Assembly (NCBI GenBank): GCA_043228905.1 | Contig: JBHGNT010000248.1 | Location: 1 to 45,321 of the forward strand | Direction of reading: 5' to 3' | Origin: Azolla caroliniana | Taxonomy: Eukaryota; Plantae; Polypodiophyta | Length of the DNA: 45,321 nucleotides | Part shown: positions 1 to 10,375 of the stretch, piece after piece | Numbering within the stretch: the stretch's first letter is position 1 | Layout: each line of letters opens with the position of its first letter | Position numbers and translations under genes: made by a program | The notes under the pieces: model-generated | What the model was told of the DNA's origin: nothing | Databases searched by the model: none | The model's input: only the letters and a program-made list of their open reading frames with translations

Positions 1-2146
1 AAGTAGGCACTAACTCTGTGGCCCACATGGTAAATGCAATGACCAAGGTATTGAGAGATTGCATCCCGGACATCGCCATGCCATTCCTCAATGACATCCC
101 CATAAAAGGGTGCTCGGAAGTAGAGAAAGATGAAACCTTGGATGAGGATGGGCATAGACGTTTTGTGGTAGATCACTTCTCCAATTGTGAGAAGGTTCTA
201 CAAAGACTCGAAGATGTGCGCTTGACCTTCTCGGGCGAGAAATCGACATTCGGCCAACCGAAGATTCTTGTAGTGGGACACTTGTACGGGGTGTACAGTC
301 GGAAGCCATCCCCAACAAAGGTGGACACCATCACAGACATGAGGGAAGAATGTAAATCACAGACAAAGGTGAGGCGATTTCTTGGTGCCTATGCATTGTA
401 CCACATTTGGATCCCGCACTAAGCTCACCTAGCTGAGCCTTTGTATTGGCTACTCAAGGAGGGGTGGATGGTCAAGTGGGAGAAAGAGCACACAGAGACG
501 ATGAAGAGCCAAGGTCTTAAGCGAGCAACAACGAGGATACAACAAAGTAAAACGTGAGCTTTGGGGTATTGTGTCCGCAGTGAAGGCGGATAAAGATTAC
601 CTAATCGGGTCGGAGGTGGTAATAGAGACGGATTGTCTTCCAATCCTAGGGATGGTATCAAGATGTGCAACACCTGACTTAGCTATGCTAAGATGGATTG
701 CTTACATCAAATCAATGAACCTGGAGATTTGCCATATTTTAGGGAAGAAAAATGTCATGGTAGATATGTTATTGAGGGAAAGATTCGAGGGTGAAAGCGA
801 CAAGGTGTTTGAAGATGAGGACGTTGCTCTTGACTTCTTTAAGATGCCCCAAGCATCTATAGATGATCGAGATGTATGACTACTCCACGCCTTCAACGAA
901 AGTGAATACGATGGGGAGTGGCTACACATTGGCAAGTTCTTAAGCTCAATGACAATGGATAGTTCATGGTCGAAGGAGGAAGCACAGAGAGTCTGAAAGA
1001 AAGCGTACAAGTACTTCCTGCGAGGGGGATTCCTCTGGAAGCACCAAAAGAGAAGAACAGGGATGCCACAACGAGGGGTCATCAAGAGACAATATTGATG
1101 TTTGAGTTCCACGAGAGTCCTTGGGCAGGCCATAGGGGAACGTGGGAAACGTTCGAGAAGTTAAAGGAGAAGTATTGGTGGCCGATAATGTACATGGATG
1201 TCGCCCATTTCATGGGGACATGTGAAAGCTGCAAGATACACTCGAACATACGCCATAGGGACGAGTTGCACCCGACCTACCCACTCACCATACACTTCAA
1301 ATGGATGGTGGATCTGGTTTCGATGGGCAAGTCAGGAATTGGCCTCGGTTACTACCTTATGCCTTATGGGCCGACATGACCACTCACAGTTCAGTTACAG
1401 GGTTCATGCCGACTAAACTCATGTACAGACAAAAGCTGGTGATGCCCATTGAAGATTCGATCTTGTCATGGGTAGCGATGCCATGGGAAAACGAGAGCTT
1501 CTAGCAACAAGGATAAGGCAACTCAAGAGAAGACTTGAAAACTTGGAGTTGGCGAAGGAGTGGTTAGAATCAGCTAGGCTACATAACAAAGCTCGATTCG
1601 ACAAGACACACCGACTACGTCCTCGAGAGATCTGTTGAGAGACAAGCTCAACATTGGCCGGATCGACTGAAGAAGCCGAGGACCAGATCGGTTGGGACCG
1701 ATCGGTTAGGCCGAGTGCGTAAACCGGTACACAGACCGGTGTGTAGGTAGGGCCGGATCGGTGCAGAAATCGGGAGGCCGTTAAGAAAGATATTCCGTGA
1801 GGAATATATTTGGGAGTTAGTGTAGGAGCTCTCAATGAGCATTGAAGTATTGTCAGTACTTCTGTCAGTCCATCTAGGACTTGTATAAAAGTGTTCATTG
1901 AACACACATATGTATAGAGTGTGGTGAATAGATATTGTTTTTTGTTGAATATAGTTCTTGTGTTTTCTCTCTCTCACTCTCTCTATCTCTCCCGCGTATA
2001 CTACGTAAGCTCAAGCTCTCCATTAAACCTGAGTTTTCTTCCTTCTGTTCGGTCTTCATACTTGCTTCCGCACGTTACTTTTTACAAGATCGAAGAAGGA
2101 GATTGGGTGATTGTGTGTGATAACAGTCTCGACAATCAACACAACT
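1..2146 (+). pseudogene. Decayed Ty3/Gypsy pol fragment (RT C-terminus, RNase H, integrase), same family as Gypsy B/D; interrupted by a solo LTR
   Basis: ORF fragments AHMVNAM..PFLNDIPIKG, ETDCLPILGM and ESPWAGHRGTW..WMVDLV match the Gypsy B/D pol. Multiple stops and frameshifts. Internal deletion of the integrase core near 1325 (WMVDLVSMG joins directly to QVRNWPRLLPYALWAD). Confidence 0.9.
1633..2086 (+). mobile_element. Solo LTR (454 bp), probably Copia-type
   Basis: TGTTGA...TTTACA termini; exact 5-bp TSD AGATC at 1628-1632 and 2087-2091; TATA-like GTATAAAA near 1883. Removing it restores integrase RLRPREIEEGDWV. Confidence 0.9.
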
Positions 2147-2158
2147 TGTTATAATAGA

Positions 2159-2231
2159 GAGTTAATGGGCTAGTGGATAGACATATTGACTCCTAGGTAA
2201 AGGTGGACGGTTCAAATCCGGTATGGCAATG
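2159..2231 (+). other. Degenerate tRNA-like sequence with Pol III A and B boxes
   Basis: A-box-like TGGGCTAGTGG (2166-2176) and B box GGTTCAAATCC (2209-2219) at tRNA-like spacing; T-stem GACGG/CCGGT partly pairs; acceptor and anticodon stems are poor. Confidence 0.4.
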
Positions 2232-2849
2232 TAGCGTGATTTAAGGAATTTTATTCCTTTTGCATTAAAGACGAATGTGGCGACCCCTCCTTCCTCTTTT
2301 TTCCTATAAAAGGAGGTCGAGGGGGGCTCATTTGGGGGAGGACTTTTTGGGAGGAGGAGGCTATCGCCATTTTTCTTTCGGAGCTCTTCATCTTCATCTT
2401 CACCATTTTTCTTCATCTCATACCCCTTTATATCCTCATCACCACGTGCTCGTCTTCTTCGTGTTGATGCTCGAATTGTTCGGGTCATTTGCGGTGATCG
2501 CGAGGTCGACCCTTGTTGGTTCGGTGTTGCTCCCCCGTTTGTCGTTGCGAGCCCGTGTGCTCGCCGTTCGGTTGGTCGTGGTCATGGTTCATTGGGGTCA
2601 GCATTTTGTTGTGGTGCTCGTTTGCTCGTGCACTCATCTTCTTCATGTTCGTGTTCGGTGTTTAGATTTACTCTTTTCTCGAAGGGCATTCACTATTTGT
2701 GTTTTGTTGAGCTTGTGGCTAACTAGAAGTCGCCACTTTGTAATCAAACCCTATTTAATAAAGGGCACTCTTGTGTTGGAATCGAACCCATATTTATTTC
2801 TTTAGCCAATATCATTCGTGTTTTTCTTCCTTTCTTTATTCTCGTCCCC

Positions 2850-3890
2850 TTGTACATTCGACTGTCTTGTGACGAGGAAGCGTTTCGGGCTTGCCCATGC
2901 ACCTCTCCTCATAAAGGCGTACCATCATTTGTGTGTGTGTTTTGTGTCTTCCTTATACGTTCAGCCGTCTTGTGACGAGGGAGTTTTATGGGCTTGCCCA
3001 TGCACCTCTCCTCCTCATAAAGGCGTACGAGCATTTGTGTGTGTCTTTTGTGTTGTATCTTCCTTGTACGTTTGGTCGTCTTGTGACGAGGGAGCGTTTC
3101 GGGCGTGCCCATGCACCTCTCCTCCTCATAAAGGCGTACAAGCATTTGTGCGTGTGTGTCTTCCTTGTACGTTCGACCGCCTTGTCACGAGGGAGTGTTT
3201 CGGGCATGCCCATGTACCTCTCCTTCTCATAAAGGTGTACGAACATTTGTGTGTGCGTTTTGTGTCTTCCTTGCACGTTCGGTTATCTTGTGACAAGGGA
3301 GCGTTTTGGGCATGCCCATGCACCTCTCCTCCTCATAAAGGCGTACGAGCATTTGTGCGTGTGTTTTGTGTCTTCCTTGTACATTCGTCTGTCTTGTGAT
3401 GAGGGAGCGTTTCGTGGCGTGCCCATGCACCTCTCCTCCTCATAAAGGTGTATGAGCATTTGTGCATGTGTTTTGTGACTTGTACTTTTGGCCGTCTTAA
3501 ATGACGAGGGAGCGTTTCAGGCGTGCTATGCACCTCTCCTCCTCATAAAGGCATACGAGCATTTGTGCGTGTGTTTTGTGTTTTCCTTGTACGTTCGACG
3601 GTCTTGTGATGAGGGAGTGTTTCGTGGTGTGCCCATGCACCCACCTCTCCTCCTCATAAAGGCGTAAGAGCATTTGTGCAAGTGTTTTGTGTCTTCCTTG
3701 TACGTTTGTCCGCCTTGTCACAAGGGAGTGTTTCGGGCTTGCCCATGCACCTCTCCTTCTCATAAAGGTGTACAACCATTTGTGTGTGTGTTTTGTGTCT
3801 TTCTTGTACATTCGGTCATCTTGTGACGAGGGAGCATTCGGGCGTGCCCATGCACCTCTCTTGCTCATCAAGGCGTACGTGCATTCGTGA
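2850..3890. repeat. Tandem array, about 10 copies of a ~103-110-bp unit
   Basis: Unit GTCTTGTGACGAGGGAGCGTTTCGGGCGTGCCCATGCACCTCTCCTCCTCATAAAGGCGTACGAGCATTTGTG... recurs near 2864, 2967, 3078, 3180, 3285, 3391, 3494, 3601, 3712 and 3818. Confidence 0.95.
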
Positions 3891-3929
3891 ATGTATGTTC
3901 TTCGTCCCCTTGCGTGTTCATCTTGTGTG

Positions 3930-4650
3930 TGTTAGGAAACATGTCCCTCCAGATGGGAAGTGAGAAGAACAGTACTGATGAGCAAACTCGGCCGAGGCTG
4001 AAACCAGATGTGGAAGACCCATCTACGGAAGATCCGGTGAGAACCGGATGACAAGTACCCGGGAAGAGCCAGATGGTGAAGACCCGGTGAGAACTAGATT
4101 GGAGTACCCGGCAACGGAAGACCTGGTGAGAACTGGATGACATGTGCCCGGCAAGCGCCGGATGATGCAGGCCCGGTGAGGAGTGCTCACCGAATGAAGG
4201 GACATATTCACAAATATGTTTTTGCGAGTCTATCGGGGCTATATTTGTAAATAGCCGGATAGTCATATTAGTATAAATAGGACTTAGGGCAAACTCAATA
4301 AAATGTTGTTGTCATTCTTGTTGGCGCAAGCCTAGTGAGCGCGGAACAGTGTACAAAGAGTGACAGAGAGAGAGAGAGAGGCCGTTGCCTCTGTTGTAAC
4401 CGCCGCCTGTGGCGAAGATCGTGAGCGCGAGGTTGTTGCCTCCATGAGCTCACTGTTGTAATCATTGTGATATAGTGATAGTTTGGAGTCTGTGGACTCC
4501 CGTGGTTTTTCCCTCTCAGGGTTTTCCACGTTAAACATCCTGTGTACTCTTCTCTCCTTTGTGTCGTGTGTATTCATTCCCGTTTTCTGTGTTTGATCTT
4601 AGACTCGGTTGTGGCCGAGCGGTGTTCATCGGAGCGTGCAATTCGCGACA
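3930..4650 (+). repeat. 5' LTR of Copia A
   Basis: TGTTAGGAAAC...CGCGACA; direct repeat of 13955-14666; TATA box AGTATAAATAG near 4271. Confidence 0.95.
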
Positions 4651-4652
4651 AG

Positions 4653-4664
4653 TGGTATCAGAGC
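4653..4664 (+). promoter_or_regulatory. PBS, tRNA-iMet (Copia A)
   Basis: TGGTATCAGAGC, 2 nt after the LTR end. Confidence 0.95.
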
Positions 4665-4680
4665 GAAACGACATAGAAAA

Positions 4681-5162
4681 ATGGACGATTCATTGGGAGG
4701 CATGTTCAAGCTCACCGGTTCCAACTATTCGGTGTGGAAGTCGAAGATGAGGGACATGCTCGTGGTTAAAGACCTCTGGTTGTTGGTTCAGTTCGGGGAC
4801 AAGAGACCGCACAAAATCGACGCCGCGATATGGGAGGTGATGCACATGAAGACAACAACGTACATACGGTGCTTCATCGACATGAGCCTATACAACAACT
4901 TCAATAAAGAGAGCAAGGCTCATGAGCTCTGGGAGAAGATCGACATTATGTTTCAAAACAAAAATGTTGTTAATCAAGTTTCGGTATTCCGGAAGCTAGT
5001 AAGACTCCGCTACCAAGATGGCTCCAGCATGGCGGAGCATATGAATGCCTTCCAGGGGCTGATCCACTAGGCAACATCATCGGAAGTACCTCTCACCGAC
5101 GAGGTACTAGCACTACTCCTGCTCCGTTCCCTCCCAGATAGCTGGGAGACATTGGTTGTCAC
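4681..5162 (+). pseudogene. gag: Copia A gag, N-terminal part
   Basis: MDDSLGGMFKLTGSNYSVWKSKMRDML...; premature TAG at 5068-5070; broken at VVT by the Copia A2 insertion. Confidence 0.92.
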
Positions 5163-5505
5163 TGTTGGGAGACAGGTCCCTCCGGATGGGAAGGGAGAAG
5201 AACAATGCCGAAACGGTATGAACCGGATGGGGAGTACCCGACTGCGGAGAACCGGATGGTGTAGGCCCGGTATGAACTGAATGGGGAGTACCCGACTGCG
5301 GAGAACCGGATGGTGTAGGCCCGGTATGAACCGAATGGGGAGTACCCGACTGCGGAGAGCCGGATGGGAACCCATCGAAGCTACATTTGTAAATAGCCGA
5401 AAAGTCATATTAGTATAAATATGACTTAGGGCAATCTTTTATGTGTTGTTGTTTTTGTTGTAATTCTTCCTTGTTGGTGCAAGAAGAAGAGAGAGCGCGT
5501 AACTG

Positions 5506-5537
<32 letters not shown>

Positions 5538-5764
5538 CGAGGTCGTTGCCTCTGTTGTAACCGCCGCCTGTGGCGAAGATCTGAGATCACTGAGGTCGTT
5601 GCCTCAGTGAACTCACTGTTGTATACTCCTACATAGTGACAGTTTGCAGCCTGTGGGCTGCCGTGGTTTTTCCCCTATTTTGGGGTTTTCCACGTAAACC
5701 TCCTGTGTACCCTTTCTCCCCTCTGTGTCGCGCGTCGGACATAAGGAACGTCGAGTTCTCGTCA
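5163..5764 (+). repeat. 5' LTR of Copia A2 (three copies of a 54-bp U3 repeat)
   Basis: CGGTATGAAC unit starts at 5214, 5268 and 5322; TG...CA termini. Confidence 0.93.
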
Positions 5765-5794
5765 AGTGGTATCAGAGCGAAATCGACACAGAAA

Positions 5795-8700
5795 ATGGAC
5801 GAATCGTTTGGCGGCATGTTCAAGCTCATCGGCTCCAACTATTTAGTGTGGAAGTCGAAGATGAGGGACATGCTCGTGGTTAAAGACCTCTGGCTGCCGG
5901 TTCAGTTCGGGGACAAGAGACCGGACAAAATCGACGCCGCGATATGGGAAGTGATGCACATGAAGACAACGGCGTACATACGGTGCTTCATCGACATGAG
6001 CCTGTACAACAACTTCAATGAAGAGAGCAAGGCTCATGAGCTCTGGGAGAAGATCGGCATAATGTTCCAAAACAAAAATGCTATCAATCAGGTGTCGGTA
6101 TTCCGAAAGCTAGTAAGACTCCGGTACCAAGATGGCTCCAGCATGGCGGAGCATATGAATGCCTTCCAGGGGCTGATCCACCAGGCAACGTCATTGGAAG
6201 TACCTCTTGCCGATGAGGTCCTAGCGCTACTCCTGCTCGGTTCCCTCCCGGATAGCTGGGAGACATTGGTTGTCACTTTGGGCAACGCCGGGCCGGAAGG
6301 AAAACGGTTATCCCTAGCAAGAGTAAAGTCGAGCTTGCTAGATGAGGAGGCTCGTCGGAAAGACAAAGATACGAGCTCCGACTCCAAAGCGCTCCTTACC
6401 GAATCGGAACGCAGACGACATAGAAACCGTAGTCCCCAGAACCGGGAGAAGTCGGGGACACGGTCAAAGTCAAGGGGGAGGCCTACTTGCTTCTATTGTG
6501 GCAAGCCGGGACACTTCCAAAAGAACTGTCGGCATTTCCGAAAAGACAAGGAAACTGACGGTACCGATTCGAAGCAAACCCCGAACCGGAACGGTAAAGA
6601 CCGGAGGGGGCCGGACCGGAAGGGAACGACGGCAATTGCGGCAAGTGAAGAGGAGTTGATGCTCATCACCGAGGAGAGTGAGATAAACCATGCCGGCGAC
6701 GATGACCTGGGTGGTAGACTCCGGAGCGTCGTTCCACCTTACCCCGGATCGGAAATGCTTCTCATCCTACTCAGCTGGTGATCACGGCTGTGTCCGGATG
6801 GGGAATGAAGGAACATGCCGAATTGTCGGCATAGGAGACGTGTGGCTGACAACACCAACCAGATGCAAGTTGCTGTTGAAGGATGTCCGACACGTTCCGG
6901 AAGTTCCTCTGAACCTGATATCAGCCGGTCGGCTAGATGATGAAGGCTACACGGGTAGCATCCGGAACGGTGTCATGAAGTTTAGCAAAAGGAGCCTGAT
7001 TGTGGCTCGGGCCCGGAAGGTAAACACACTGTACCTGATGAATGCCCGGTTATGTCCGGAAGAAGTGAACGTGGCTTCCGACACTGCCGGTGAGCTGTGG
7101 CACAAGAGGCTATGTCACATGAGTGAGAAGGGGATGAAGAGGCTTGGAGACGACAACCTCATTCCAGTGAAGAACGTGCACTTTGAGAAGTGCACTGATT
7201 GTCTGGCCGGTAAGCAGAACCGGACCTCCTTCCGACCAAGGCCACCGATGAGATGTAATGCACCACTGGAGTTGGTGCATACGGACGTTTGTCAAGTAGA
7301 CACGAAGTCACATGCCGGAGCGCAGTACTTCGTGACGTTCATAGATGACCACAGCCGGAAGCTGTGGGCCACACCGCTGAAGACGAAGGATCAGGTGTTA
7401 TCCGTCTTCAAAGAGCTCCACGCGAGGGTGGAAAGAGAAACCGGCCGGAAGCTGAAGGCGGTTCGAGCAGATAATGGAGGAGAGTACCGGGGCAGTTCGA
7501 GGAGTATTGCCGCTCGAACGGAATCCGGCTCGAATTTACCGTGCCGAAGACGCCGGAACTAAACGGACTGGCCGAGAGGATGAACCGGACCATAATGGAG
7601 AGGGTCCGGAGTATGCTAGCGCATGCAAAACTACCCAAGAAGTTTTGGGCTGAGGCACTGTCGACGGCGACATATGTGATAAACAGATCACCCTCAGTAC
7701 CCTTGGACGGAGACACGCCACAGAGAGTATGGACCGGTAAGGAAGTGTCCTACCGGCATCTGAGGGTGTTCGGGTGTCTCGCGTACGTGCATGTAGCAAA
7801 GGACCGGAGAGGAAAGTTAGATCCAAAGACCCGGCCATGCATATTCCTCGGTTACCGAGTGTGGGACCCGGTCGACAAGAAGGTATTCCGGAGTCGAGAT
7901 ATTATCTTCATGGAGGACAAGACGCTCGTCGACTGGGAGTCGGAGAAGAAGATAATGAACTCTGAGTCGACCGGTAAGGATAGACTCTACAATGAGCAAA
8001 CCCAACCGACAAGAGACCGGTTAGCACTCGAGGAACCAGCCGGTTACGGTGAGGATACCGAACCGGTAGAAGAAGAAGTAGAGGAAGCTGAGACCGGAAC
8101 CGGTCAAGACCCCGAATCGGATTCGGATGAAGAGCAAATGGAGGAACCGGTTACCGAAGCCCGAAGACGTAGATATCCTCTTAGAGAGAGAAGGGCGCCC
8201 CGGAGATTTCCGGATGCAGAGCATGTCCTGCTGGCCGATGAGGGGGAGCCGGAAAGCTTCGAAGAAGCGAAGGAAGACACCCACAGCCGAAAATGGTTAA
8301 GTGCCATGCAGGATGAGATGGATTCCCTGCATGAGAACCATACGTACGAATTGGTGGAGCTGCCGAAAGGAAAGCGGGCACTCCGAAACAAGTGGGTGTT
8401 CAAGTTGAAACCCGGAGATGCCGGCAAACCCCCGAGATACAAAGCCAGGATCGTGGTGAAGGGGTTCCAACAGAAGAAGGGCATGGACTTCGATGAAATA
8501 TTCGCCCCGGTAGTAAAGATGACCTCCATTCGGACGGTGCTGAGTATAGCAGCAAGCATGGATCTCGAGGTAGAGCAGCTGGACGTGAAGACGGCATTCC
8601 TTCACGGCGACCTCGAAGAGGAGATCTACATGCAGCAACCGGAAGGATTTGTGGAGAAAGGGAAGGAGCACCTGGTATGCCGGTTGAAGAAGAGCCTGTA

Positions 8701-9817
8701 CGGACTAAAGCAGGCTCCCCGGCAATGGTACCGAAAGTTCGACTCCTTCATGACCGATCAAGGGTACCATAAGACGCAGGCCGATCACTGCGTGTTCGTG
8801 AAGAAGTTCGAAGGAGGGGACTTCCTGATACTTCTCCTGTACGTGGATGACATGTTGATCGTCGGACGAGACCAAGGCAAAATACGGATGCTGAAGAAGG
8901 CTCTCAACCGGACCTTCTCAATGAAAGACTTGGGTCCGGCAAGACAGATGTTGGGGATGCACATTATTCGGGACCGGTCAGTGAAGCAATTATGGCTGTC
9001 ACAGGAGAAGTATGTGACAAAGGTGCTTCACCGGTTCAACATGTCAGATGCAAAACCGGTCGGATCGACACTTCCGGCAAACTGCAAGTTGTCCGGCAAA
9101 CAAAGCCCGAAGACAAAAGGAGAGAAGGCAGATATGATGAAGATTCCATATGCCTCTGCTGTCGGGAGCTTGATGTACGCAATGGTTTGTACCCGACCGG
9201 ACATTGGATACGCAGTCGGAGTGGTGAGCCGGTTCATGAGTAATCTCGGCAAGGAGCATTGGATCGCGGTCAAATGGATACTCCGGTATTTGAAGGGCAC
9301 TTCAAATATGTGTCTCCAATTCGGCTCCGGGAAACCTCAACTGGATGGTTTCACCGATTCGGACATGTCGGCTGATGTGGATACCAGCCGGTCTACATCC
9401 GGGTATGTGATGACATATGCAGGGGGAGCTGTTTCGTGGCAGTCGAGGCTGCAGAAGACGGTTGCACTGTCAACCACAGAGGCGGAGTACATGGCGGCTG
9501 TAGAAGCCGGCAAGGAAATATTATGGATGAAGGACTTCATCGGAGAGCTCGGTATCCGGCAAGAGGAATACCGACTCTACTGCGACAGTCAAAGTGCCAT
9601 CCACCTTGCTAAGAATGAGGCTTACCATTCCCGGACGAAGCATATCCAGCGGAGGTATCACTGGATCCGGGAAAGGGTAGATGACCAGGAGTTCGCACTG
9701 ACAAAGATCCACACGGCCGAGAACGGGTAAAATATGCTGACCAAAGTGCTGACACCTGACAAGCTGGACGCATGCCGGAAGAGGATCAGGCTGGAAAGAC
9801 ACCCCATGCCGGAGTGA
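5795..9817 (+). pseudogene. Copia A2 gag-pol polyprotein, frameshifted
   Basis: CCHC knuckle CFYCGKPGHFQKNC, protease WVVDSGAS, GAG-pre-integrase LWHKRLCH, integrase ADNGGEY, RT LYVDDML, RNase H TDSD..EAEY..DSQS. Frameshifts near 6700 and 7490; stop at 9728-9730. Confidence 0.93.
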
Positions 9818-9827
9818 AGGGGGAGTT

Positions 9828-10375
9828 TGTTGGGAGACAGGTCCCTCCGGATGGGAAGGGAGAAGAACAATGCCGACGAACAAACTCCCCGGTATGAACC
9901 GAATGGGGAGTACCCGACTGCGAAGAGCCGGATGGGAACCCATCGAAGCTACATTTGTAAATAGCTGAAAAGTCATATTAGTATAAATATGACTTAGGGC
10001 AATCTTTTATGTGTTGTTGTTTTTGTTGTAATTCTTCCTTGTTGGTGCAAGAAGAAGAGAGAGCGCGTAACTGTACAGAGAGAGAGAGAGAGAGATGAGG
10101 TCGTTGGCTCTGTTGTAACCGCCGCCTGTGGCGAAGATCTGAGATCACTGAGGTCGTTGCCTCAGTGAACTCACTGTTGTATATTCCTACATAGTGACAG
10201 TTTGCAGCCTGTGGGCTGCCATGGTTTTTCCCCTATTTTGGGGTTTTCCACGTAAACCTCCTGTGTACCCTTTCTCCCCTCTGTGTCGCGCTTCATTATC
10301 TTTTTTTTTTCTGTGTATGAAAAGAATCTCGGTTGTGGCCGAGCGTCGGACATAAGGAACGTCGAGTTCTCGTCA
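9828..10375 (+). repeat. 3' LTR of Copia A2
   Basis: Direct repeat of 5163-5764 with indels; preceded by the PPT. Confidence 0.93.

Larger units (their letters stand above)
5163..10375 (+). mobile_element. Ty1/Copia LTR retrotransposon A2 nested in the gag of sister Copia A
   Basis: LTRs 5163-5764 and 9828-10375; TSD GTCAC at 5158-5162 and 10376-10380; PBS TGGTATCAGAGC 5767-5778; PPT GAAGGGGGAG 9816-9825. Confidence 0.97.

Noticed and set aside
2275-2805. Hydrophobic 176-aa ORF as an env-like or membrane protein
   Set aside because: Lies in GT/pyrimidine-rich LTR sequence with a non-ATG start; composition explains the hydrophobicity.
2860-3890. Hammerhead-ribozyme-like motifs on the minus strand of the 105-bp repeat (TTTATGAG...CGAAAC...GTC)
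   Set aside because: The core is TTTATGA/TTGATGA rather than CTGATGA, and stem I cannot be paired. An Infernal search with Rfam hammerhead models would be decisive.
3970-4010. CTGATGAG...GAAAC hammerhead-like core in the Copia A 5' LTR
   Set aside because: Stem II does not close properly, there is no stem I/III partner, and the motif is absent from the 3' LTR.
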